DNA of 41,144 bases from Fibrobacterota bacterium (lineage in GTDB: Bacteria > Fibrobacterota > Fibrobacteria > UBA11236). The stretch spans positions 1 through 41,144 of the forward strand of contig JAYUVP010000355.1 in NCBI GenBank assembly GCA_043753995.1. The letters are read 5' to 3'. Of the stretch, positions 1 to 6,887 are shown one piece after another (position 1 is the first letter of the stretch; the number at the start of each line of letters is the position of its first letter). Under the pieces are notes generated by a model that saw only the letters and a program-made list of their open reading frames with translations, was not told the DNA's origin and made no database searches. A program made the position numbers and the translations under genes.

Positions 1-2
1 AT

Positions 3-833
3 CCCGACGATGCCACGGGCTGGACCGAGGATCATAGTGGGAGCACCGATGGATTTCGCATTGACGGCAAGGGTGTATTGACCCTTTCGGGAGGCTCACC
101 GCGCTTTCACATCAACTCTTTGCTCACCTCCAAGGTGCCGGCGCAATTTTATCGCAATGTCGAGTTTACGGCCTATGCCATGAGCAAGGGTGAGCAAGGT
201 GCGAATTATGGCGGCTTCGTGGTGGGCCTGCGCAGCGGCCCCTTAGGGCATGCTTCCAGCGGCGGCGATGATTGCGAGGCGACCACGTATTATGCGCGTT
301 TCCGCAATGATGGTAAATGGGATTTCGAAAAAGAACTCAAGCATCCCGGCAGCACCTATTGGTCGGGCTCGGGCTTCGGCAAGCAAGATCCGCTTTGGGG
401 CGGATCGAAATTGCCGCGCAACCGGTGGATAGGCATGAAATATGTGGTTCGCGATTTGGACTCGGGCGCATCGGTGCGGTTGGAGCTGTATATCGACTCC
501 ACTTCGGGAGGCAATCCGGCCAATGGGGGTGATTGGAAAAAAGTCGGCGAGGTCCTAGACAATGGGAATTGGCCCTCGGGCGATGTTTCCGGCTGCGGCT
601 TTGCTCAGAACAAGGTCATCTCTCCCGGCCACGGCACCGTGCTTTGGCGCACCGATGGCGATACCGTGCTTTATAAGTGGGTGAGCATACGAGAAATCGA
701 ACCCGACCGTGCCACTACTATTCTGTTACAGCAAGCACCGGGTTTAAAGAATAAGCGCGACAATTGGCATTTGATATCCCCCTGGCGGCAGCACAAATTC
801 CTGGAGCGAATTCTAGGACGGCGGATGGATTAA
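3..833 (+). CDS. Secreted beta-jelly-roll-like (possible carbohydrate-binding or polysaccharide lyase-like) protein, 5' partial
   Basis: Frame is open from position 3 (PDDATGWTEDH...) to TAA at 831-833. Trp/Gly/Tyr-rich beta-type sequence (YYARFRNDGKWDFEKE, WIGMKYVV, VRLELYID). Ends in a basic tail with ILGRR. Confidence 0.55.
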   Translation, partial: PDDATGWTEDHSGSTDGFRIDGKGVLTLSGGSPRFHINSLLTSKVPAQFYRNVEFTAYAMSKGEQGANYGGFVVGLRSGPLGHASSGGDDCEATTYYARFRNDGKWDFEKELKHPGSTYWSGSGFGKQDPLWGGSKLPRNRWIGMKYVVRDLDSGASVRLELYIDSTSGGNPANGGDWKKVGEVLDNGNWPSGDVSGCGFAQNKVISPGHGTVLWRTDGDTVLYKWVSIREIEPDRATTILLQQAPGLKNKRDNWHLISPWRQHKFLERILGRRMD

Positions 834-834
834 G

Positions 835-941
835 GACTTCGGCTTGAAATTTCGTTAGCAGCGCAGCTTTTTGCCCAGGATCCATGCTTCACGTCCGCCT
901 TTTTTCATCAATTGCTCAGCCACCCAGGCGACGTCTTCTTG
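835..941 (-). repeat. 107-bp direct repeat copy A: remnant of the partner-gene/AbiEii toxin junction
   Basis: Aligns ungapped to 6703-6809 with 9 mismatches (98/107). Minus strand reads QEDVAWVAEQLMKKGGREAWILGKKLRC*; the toxin GTG start is changed to GCG. Confidence 0.95.
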
Positions 942-1760
942 AGCAAGGTGGAAGGCTCTCGCTTTCCCTTGTCGGTTTTCCAGGGCCAATCGGAGTTGTG
1001 GATCGTGGTCGATCCGGCTGGACCGGTTACGGCACCACCGGTCCTATCGCTAAAGAAGCCGAAAGTGGTCCACATCCTTAATCCATGGCCCAGTACAGCA
1101 CCGCAACTACGAAGCGGGAGTGCAATACGACCCATGTTCGTGACACCAGGAGCTTGCGGTTGGTTCTCAGGGCTCCTCTTCGGACCGAATTTGGCGCCGG
1201 GTCATTTTATTGCTGGTGGCTTGGATGAATCCTATGGCAAGCAGGGACGGTTCAGTACCGCAGATTTTGACTTCAACGAATTATTTGCGGGCAAGGGCGA
1301 CACGCTTTGGCTTAATACCGAGTCCAATGCCTGGACCACAGCCGTGGATCCATCCCTGCGAAATGTTCCGGGCTGTGCTGAGATCACTTTGAAGAAAACC
1401 AATGACGGTGGTTGGCGCCATTTCAGCTATTGGGATAGCCCCATTGATCATGGATTTTTTCCGACTTTCGATCTTTCTGATCCCTTTCCAGGCGAGGCGG
1501 CTTCTACTTGCGCTGTGATGCCTTCGCCGGAAACCCAATATGTGACCCAATCCGAGGTTAAAAGGAATTTCAATTTTTGTGTGGAGTCGCATGGCACCTT
1601 CAGCTACGTGAAAGGTCAGAAGTTTCAAATCAGCGGTGACGATGACATTTGGGTTTTTATCAACGATAAGTTGGTCATAGACCGCGGCGGCGTGCACCCT
1701 CCGGCCTCCGACTCGGTTTTGTTGGATACGATGGGATTGAATCAGGGAATACGCGGCTAG
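942..1760 (+). pseudogene. Fibro-slime (PA14-like) domain protein fragment
   Basis: NFNFCVESHGTFSYVKGQKFQISGDDDIWVFINDKLVIDRGGVH matches the fibro-slime core (NF.F..E.H..F.Y..GQ.F.F.GDDD.WVFI...L..D.GG.H), with upstream VHILNPWP...CGWF modules. No start codon or signal peptide (5' end abuts repeat A). Similarity is lost after GLNQG. Confidence 0.8.
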
Positions 1761-1897
1761 TCGCCAAATTTCCTTTTCAATTGGCGGATGCTTCCACATC
1801 GCTTAAGCGACACCTAGCCCCACGGCCACCTGGCCACAGGGTGAAAAAGCGTCCTGATGTCTTGGGTCGGCGACTGCGGTCGAAGGGTATCCCCTGA
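1748..1897 (+). pseudogene. Orphan C-terminal tail of a secreted protein, out of frame with the fibro-slime fragment
   Basis: Frame 1748-1897 reads NTRLVAKFPFQLADASTSLKRHLAPRPPGHRVKKRPDVLGRRLRSKGIP*, the same TS[LI]-basic-DVLGR tail style as 4840-5400. Confidence 0.6.
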
Positions 1898-1949
1898 CTT
1901 TCCGGGGTTTGCTGCCTTGAGGGTACAATTCTCCGATGCCGGTTTAGAC

Positions 1950-2094
1950 GCGAAACAATTGCAATTTGTATCACTATTTTTAAAAAATATTGTTTAATGT
2001 TTTTTGAATAATTAACAATACATTCCTGCTTCCATCGCTCTTAAGTGTTGGATCATGTTCGAACTTAGTTTCAACCTCCATAGCAGGAATCAGA
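1950..2094 (+). promoter_or_regulatory. AT-rich promoter/leader with inverted repeat TATTGTT-N19-AACAATA and an anti-RBS complement
   Basis: TATTGTT 1988-1994 pairs with AACAATA 2014-2020. ATTCCTGCT 2022-2030 is the exact reverse complement of AGCAGGAAT 2082-2090, which covers the AGGA RBS before ATG 2095. Confidence 0.45.
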
Positions 2095-3456
2095 ATGAAA
2101 TATTTTGAAAAGCGAAATCGACCCTTGTTTTCGAATTGGGCCGCGAAATGGGGCATGCTTGCCTTGCCCATTTCCCTGGGGATCCTTTCTTGCCAGCAGG
2201 ATATGCCCACCCATCCCGAATCCCAGGCAAAAAATCCCTCTGAGGATGCGTCGATTGCGGCACGTACCACTCCCGGGTCAACCGATCCCAACATTATTTG
2301 GATTCGCACCCTGAGCGATTTGCGCAATATGAATCTGTGGGGAAATTACAAACTGGCCAATAATATCGACGCATCAGCCACGGCAAGAAGCCCCTTCGTA
2401 CCCATAGGAGATTTTCCATTTACCGGCACCCTGGACGGAAATAAATTCACTATTTCGAATCTCACCATTTCAGGCGGCGAATATACCGGTATTTTCAAAA
2501 GAGCTCTGCTTGCCTCGTTCAAAAATTTACGGTTAACCAAGGTCAAGGTCACGGGCGGTTATCACACGGGTACCCTAGCAGGGTATGCTGAAGGAATCGA
2601 CTTGACCGATTCTTATATCTCGGGTACGGTCACCGGGAATGCTCAAGCCAACCGTATCGGTTTGGCCTTCGGTTCGATCGAAAGTGGTTCACGGATTTTA
2701 CGTTGCAATCTCAGAGGAAAGTTGACCGGCCACGCTTACCATATGGGTGGCGTCGCCGGTCATGCCGCATTTTATGGGGAGAATCCCTCCGATCCCGCTG
2801 ATGACATGCGGATTATTCTCGACGAGGTCTTTGTCCAAGACACCACCTTACCCAGCATCACTTCCGGCTCCGCCATGGTGGCTGCCGGAGGCCTGGTGGG
2901 CACCCTGATCGGCGGTAACATTCAAAATGTCAATGCGGTGGTGTCGATTACCGGCCGTTATGCGGCAGGCGGACTCTTCGGCCATATCATCAATGATGAT
3001 CCGAATAGCATCGGATCGTTCATTCGCGGCGGATTATCGCGAGGCGTCGTTACCGACAATGCGAATCCCAATCGAACCGGCGCTATCGGCATGATGTCCG
3101 GAATGCTCATCTGGGGACCCGGCGCGTATTATGACAAGGACACCGACGGCGGCATTACCAATCCGCTGATTCCGGATCCAGCGCTGTGCCAGGTCGCATT
3201 TTCGAGCCCTACTTTAAAGGCGCCCAAAGGCGGCCTCAATAGGCTCCTCGATCCCTATTATTATGGATTGCTCATCACCCAAGACCTCATCGACGATGAC
3301 GAAAATTACGATTTCGACCAGTGCGATTTGGGATCGGGAAGCGATGGGGACTGGGGTTTCGGCACATGCAATGCAACTCCAATATGGGCATTGAATTCCG
3401 ATAAGGAATACAACACCTTGCTGCGAATACCCAATCCCAGTGAACAGCCGAAATAG
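2095..3456 (+). CDS. GLUG-motif-like (beta-helix repeat) lipoprotein
   Basis: Lipobox ILSC. YKLANNID...PIG..PFTGTLDGNKFTISNL...GIF and repeated (A/T)GGL(V/F)G units are typical of GLUG-repeat surface proteins. Confidence 0.8.
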   Translation: MKYFEKRNRPLFSNWAAKWGMLALPISLGILSCQQDMPTHPESQAKNPSEDASIAARTTPGSTDPNIIWIRTLSDLRNMNLWGNYKLANNIDASATARSPFVPIGDFPFTGTLDGNKFTISNLTISGGEYTGIFKRALLASFKNLRLTKVKVTGGYHTGTLAGYAEGIDLTDSYISGTVTGNAQANRIGLAFGSIESGSRILRCNLRGKLTGHAYHMGGVAGHAAFYGENPSDPADDMRIILDEVFVQDTTLPSITSGSAMVAAGGLVGTLIGGNIQNVNAVVSITGRYAAGGLFGHIINDDPNSIGSFIRGGLSRGVVTDNANPNRTGAIGMMSGMLIWGPGAYYDKDTDGGITNPLIPDPALCQVAFSSPTLKAPKGGLNRLLDPYYYGLLITQDLIDDDENYDFDQCDLGSGSDGDWGFGTCNATPIWALNSDKEYNTLLRIPNPSEQPK

Positions 3457-3475
3457 TTCCCGGTAATATAAGGTT

Positions 3476-3511
3476 GGGGGCGAGTTCGCCCCCTCGGCCA
3501 AGCCTCCGCGC
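3476..3511 (+). repeat. 36-bp GC-rich hairpin element, inverted copy of 6022-6057
   Basis: 3489-3511 CCCCCTCGGCCAAGCCTCCGCGC is identical (23/23) to the reverse complement of 6022-6044; 31/36 over the full span. Contains hairpin GGGGGCGA-GT-TCGCCCCC. Lies between convergent genes. Confidence 0.85.
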
Positions 3512-3579
3512 GCGACTGTGATTCTTTGCGGGGGTGCCTCCGATGTGATGCACGTAACGGTCTATGGATTCACTTCCGA

Positions 3580-4509
3580 TTAACGCACCCTGACCGTCAA
3601 GTCGTCTGCACCGAAATGTTCGGAGTTGGGCGAAGTCAAACGGATTTCGTCAATGTCATTGCCGTCAGCAGGATACGGCGACCAGACTTTCCCAGGTTTC
3701 AAGCCTTTCCAATAAAGCCATTTCTGGGTGGCGGCTTTTTTCACCCAAATTTGGATTTTTCCAGCATTTGGATCACAGGACAAAATATTGGGGTCGGGCG
3801 GCATGATCTTGATGGAAACAAGATCGAAAACTTTGGGCGTGCTGCCATTGTCCGATACAAAAAACTTGATCCAGTCCGAGGCATGGTGAGTCGTGATGTA
3901 CCGGTAAAAATCTTTGGCGTCCAGACCGGTTGGCGCGCATTCGGGTGTGGGCGAGAGGAGATACTTGCACTCGGCTTGACTCCAGGTCAACTTTTTAACG
4001 TAAAGTCCAATTTTTCCCGTATTGCTATGGAAATCACAAATTTCTGAGTTTTCATACATCAAGTGATAATGATTGTTGGTTTGGGGGACGGTATATCCCC
4101 ACGTATTATGAAGCCTTTGGATATAAAACGGCCCATAAGTGAAGGTGTTCCAGGATTGATCGGGAGTCCAAGCTATGCTTTCACTCTGATTGTAGTCGAC
4201 CGTGCGAACAACCGCCGAGGACTTTTTCAGCGGATCGGGAGATTGAGCAGGCAATGATTTTTGGATTTTTTCGGAAACCGTTGCGAAGTCGAGGCTATTC
4301 ACAACGGAAACCTCATCCGGACTGGGGATTTCAGCTGGATCGCCTTGAAAGGCGGGAAGATCATCGCCCAAATTTTTTGACTGTAAAAGCCGCTGATTCG
4401 CTTCCGCATCTGACAGTTTCGAAGATGCGCCCCCCTCTGCTACGCCGTCATTTTGCATGCAACCCGAGGCAGCTAACAGCAAAAACGAACCCAGTAAATA
4501 CCTTTGCAT
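3580..4509 (-). CDS. Hypothetical lipoprotein
   Basis: ATG at 4509 with GGAGA RBS; signal MQRYLLGSFLLLAASGC (lipobox ASGC); 309 aa. Confidence 0.8.
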   Translation of the reverse strand: MQRYLLGSFLLLAASGCMQNDGVAEGGASSKLSDAEANQRLLQSKNLGDDLPAFQGDPAEIPSPDEVSVVNSLDFATVSEKIQKSLPAQSPDPLKKSSAVVRTVDYNQSESIAWTPDQSWNTFTYGPFYIQRLHNTWGYTVPQTNNHYHLMYENSEICDFHSNTGKIGLYVKKLTWSQAECKYLLSPTPECAPTGLDAKDFYRYITTHHASDWIKFFVSDNGSTPKVFDLVSIKIMPPDPNILSCDPNAGKIQIWVKKAATQKWLYWKGLKPGKVWSPYPADGNDIDEIRLTSPNSEHFGADDLTVRVR

Positions 4510-4636
4510 TTTGTCTCCATGAATGGATTTTATCCGGTTTTTCCAAGAGGCATCGAGAATCGGGAATCCTGTAATCCTCACGCCGTCTCTTTAGACACCG
4601 TCCGGCTCTTGTTTGTCTCAGAAAATTTTCGCGCAA

Positions 4637-4729
4637 GCGCCATGTGAACCATAGCCCGATGACTGCCGAATACACCGTCACATGCCGACGAGGTGGAGGA
4701 ACTATGGCCGCCAACCGAGAGATGAGGGC
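4637..4729 (-). mobile_element. IS91-family transposase fragment (conserved C-terminal-half block)
   Basis: ALISRLAAIVPPPRRHVTVYSAVIGLWFTWR resembles the conserved RLAALVP.PR.HL.RY.GV....WR block of IS91/ISCR transposases. Confidence 0.75.
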
Positions 4730-4839
4730 CTTAGGTAAATGCGATTGTGCGTCAATTCGCACAGACACTTATGGCCTGAGGCTTCAGCCGATCAGAGTGC
4801 TTAGGGCGGCGCTATCGCCGGCCGGGCATTCTCGGCCGC

Positions 4840-5400
4840 CTAGCCGGCCCAAAGCCGCCAGACCCGACCCAAGCCGGCCTTTCGGCCCAAGACATCGACC
4901 GTGCCACCCTTACGCGGGACATCTCCTCCAGGTCGCGGCACGAGGCGCACAGCGACGGATTCGGGGTCATAAGAGAGAATCAACCCATCTTCACCCACGG
5001 CGACCGTGCGCTTTCCATTCGATGCGATCGCATAGAGCCGCTTGGCGGTGCCGGTGTTGAGACTCCGCCAGGAGACCCCGTTGGTAGAGCGCGCGCTGAT
5101 GCCGTCGTTCCCGACGGCGATCCATTCCTTGCCTGTCCAGGTCACCGCCTGAAAGCTGCTCCGAATCGTATTCGGGTAGGCCTGGGCTTTCCAATGGACT
5201 CCGTCGGGTGACGTCAGGTAGGTTTGGCCGCTCCCCATTGCCAGGAATTGCTCGCCGGTCCAGATGATTGCGCGCAGCTCAGCAGTGGTTCCGGAGGATT
5301 CGGCCTCCCAAGCGGACTGCGCCAACGAAACCACCGGCAACCCAGCGAACAGCGTAGCGGCCAGAAGCAGTTGAATAGAGCATCCCGCGGATGGAACCAT
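4840..5400 (-). CDS. Secreted BNR/YCF48-like beta-propeller repeat protein (short)
   Basis: Signal peptide (LLLAATLFAGLPVVSLA-Q). Three repeats of the L.A..W.G..F.AVG..G....S.DG..W type. C-terminal VAVR...VDVLGRK tail. Confidence 0.75.
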   Translation of the reverse strand: MVPSAGCSIQLLLAATLFAGLPVVSLAQSAWEAESSGTTAELRAIIWTGEQFLAMGSGQTYLTSPDGVHWKAQAYPNTIRSSFQAVTWTGKEWIAVGNDGISARSTNGVSWRSLNTGTAKRLYAIASNGKRTVAVGEDGLILSYDPESVAVRLVPRPGGDVPRKGGTVDVLGRKAGLGRVWRLWAG

Positions 5401-5559
5401 CAACCCACCCCGGTTTACCTCCTCGTTTATCCCACAACACCACCACTTCCAACCCTTTCGACCCAATTCCTCACTCCAAAATCATTCTCATTTTCTCCCA
5501 AGGACATACCCCTCCCTATCCCCCGGAGGGTAGCGCTTCTGGCTACCGAATCCCCCGGT

Positions 5560-5935
5560 CTAAGGGCTCCGCACGAAGGGCACTTCACCTCTTCACCAAA
5601 GGTCCGACGCAAACGCTCATGCCAGGGGATGTAACGGCCTGAACGCGAGTGGGTAACGCAGTGGGTACGGTAGCGTCAAGAACCATTGGCGGATGTGCAA
5701 AGTCTCGGGCAGAACATGGTCGACCAGGTTCGGCGTGCCTTCGTTCATGCGTCGCCTCAGGCAGCTTGGGTAAAAGCCACGGCCTTTGCAACTGAAAGCC
5801 ACCAGATTACGCTTGTGGTACAGGTATCACAATGCATTTTTGGCGAAGCCATGCGCAAAAATGCCGCAAGTCAGTAATTTCTGCAATTCGGTAGAGCGCG
5901 GTGTTTCCGGGTTCGCGGCAATCATCACGACCCGC
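5560..5935 (-). mobile_element. Internally deleted IS91-family transposase pseudogene
   Basis: Across frames: REPGNTALYRIAE / LTCGIFAHGFA / HCDTC / LVAFSCKGRGFYPSCLRRRM...LVDHVLPE...RQWFLTLPYPLRY (zinc-binding N-terminal domain), joined near 5640 directly to RYIPWHERLRRTFGEEVKCPSCGA (C-terminal W...R.F....CP.CG motif). Frameshifts and stops are present. Confidence 0.85.
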
Positions 5936-5959
5936 GAAACAGGGTATTGTGCAGGTTAC

Positions 5960-6057
5960 CCCCCCCCCAGGGCAGGCGCCCCTTGGGGCACGAGGGGGTA
6001 GGCCAAGACCCCGCAAGCGCAGCGCGGAGGCTTGGCCGAGGGGGAGACTTCACCCTC
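5960..6057 (-). mobile_element. Structured GC-rich end upstream of the IS91-like transposase remnant (possible terIS-side end)
   Basis: Stem GGCCAAG (6001-6007)/CTTGGCC (6031-6037) encloses CCGC...GCGCAGCGC...GCGG. Further GC hairpins flank it. Partial inverted copy at 3476-3511. Confidence 0.5.
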
Positions 6058-6074
6058 ACACCGAACTCAAGAGT

Positions 6075-6320
6075 TCATTTGCCCTTGCGATCCATCCAGG
6101 CTGGGTGCAAACGATTGTGCAGGCGAAGCCGCGAATCGTCGGGGAATTCCACGAGATCATCCCCTTTATAGAGGCGTATGGTTTTCGAGGCCGAGTCTAC
6201 GACCAGACGGCATTTCGTGCAGCCAGCCATGTGCTTGGTCAGCTCGGCGCACAATTCGGATTGCTCGTTTCCATCCAGGTAGTCTGAAAGCCCCCCCAGG
6301 AATTTTTCGCATTCGCTCAT
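6075..6320 (-). CDS. Soluble zinc-finger (zf-HC2) anti-sigma factor
   Basis: MSECEKFLGGLSDYLDG...KHMAGCTKC has the C..LSDYLDG..HxxxCxxC pattern. AGGAGG RBS upstream of ATG 6320; 81 aa, no transmembrane segment. Confidence 0.85.
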   Translation of the reverse strand: MSECEKFLGGLSDYLDGNEQSELCAELTKHMAGCTKCRLVVDSASKTIRLYKGDDLVEFPDDSRLRLHNRLHPAWMDRKGK

Positions 6321-6345
6321 GACTCGCCCTCCTGACCGGCGGCGA

Positions 6346-6732
6346 TGCCAACACTTTATTGGTGGCCAGGTCCATAGGATGCAATTGAAAGCCGAAAGTC
6401 TCGCTGTGTATGACTGGCATGAACCGCCACGTGGAATCCCTGGCCCATTCCAATTTGGTGGCCTCCCCATTCCTACTGAATTGGCAACGGATATAACCGG
6501 GCTGTACTAATTTCGCAACGACACCAAAACCTTTGGCCGACAAGATTTGCCTATCCGCTTCGAATGCCTTCGCCACGTCCGCTTCAGTACCATGGAAATA
6601 ATCAATGTCGTGACTGTAACGTTTGGTATTCGGAGCATCGAGTAGGGCCGCTCCACCGGCCACATAGCTGTCTTCGCTTCGATTTCCTGCTAATAGGCGA
6701 CCGACTTCGCCCTGAAATTTCGTTAGCGGCAC
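6346..6732 (-). pseudogene. AbiEii/AbiGii-like nucleotidyltransferase toxin, 3'-truncated
   Basis: GTG start overlaps the upstream stop. MPLTKFQ...SYVAGGAAL...RYSHDIDYF carries the GG.AL/R.S.D.D nucleotidyltransferase motifs. After LHPMDLATNKVLA the expected A.R...RD continuation is absent and the frame runs into unrelated sequence. Confidence 0.8.
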
Positions 6733-6809
6733 AGCTTTTTGCCCGGGATCCAAGCTTCGCGTCCGCCCTTTTTCATCCATTGCTCAGCCACCCAGGCGAC
6801 GTCTTCTTG
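6703..6809 (-). repeat. 107-bp direct repeat copy B
   Basis: 98/107 identical to 835-941, offset 5868 bp. Confidence 0.95.
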
Positions 6810-6836
6810 GGTGATTTTCAAATCGGGGCGATAAGA
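6723..6836 (-). pseudogene. 3' fragment of the small partner (putative antitoxin) gene upstream of the AbiEii-like toxin
   Basis: SYRPDLKITQEDVAWVAEQWMKKGGREAWIPGKKLCR* overlaps the toxin GTG (CTGTGCCGCTAA). No plausible own 5' half; upstream sequence belongs to the divergent DUF4157 gene region. Confidence 0.6.
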
Positions 6837-6887
6837 AATTAAGAGGTTTTCCGCCCGCCAGGATTCTCTTCGACTAGGTTTTTGCAA

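Noticed and set aside
912..941. Start of the 282-aa ORF 912..1760 as a real gene start
   Set aside because: The first ten codons are the antisense of the toxin-partner repeat, so the ORF is a chance fusion.
5958..5968. Poly-C tract as a phase-variation switch
   Set aside because: It lies in the dead element end, not in an intact gene or an evident promoter.
6166..6345. C-terminal 60 aa of ORF 6166..6780 as part of the toxin
   Set aside because: It overlaps the well-supported zf-HC2 gene out of frame and lacks toxin motifs; it is read-through after truncation.
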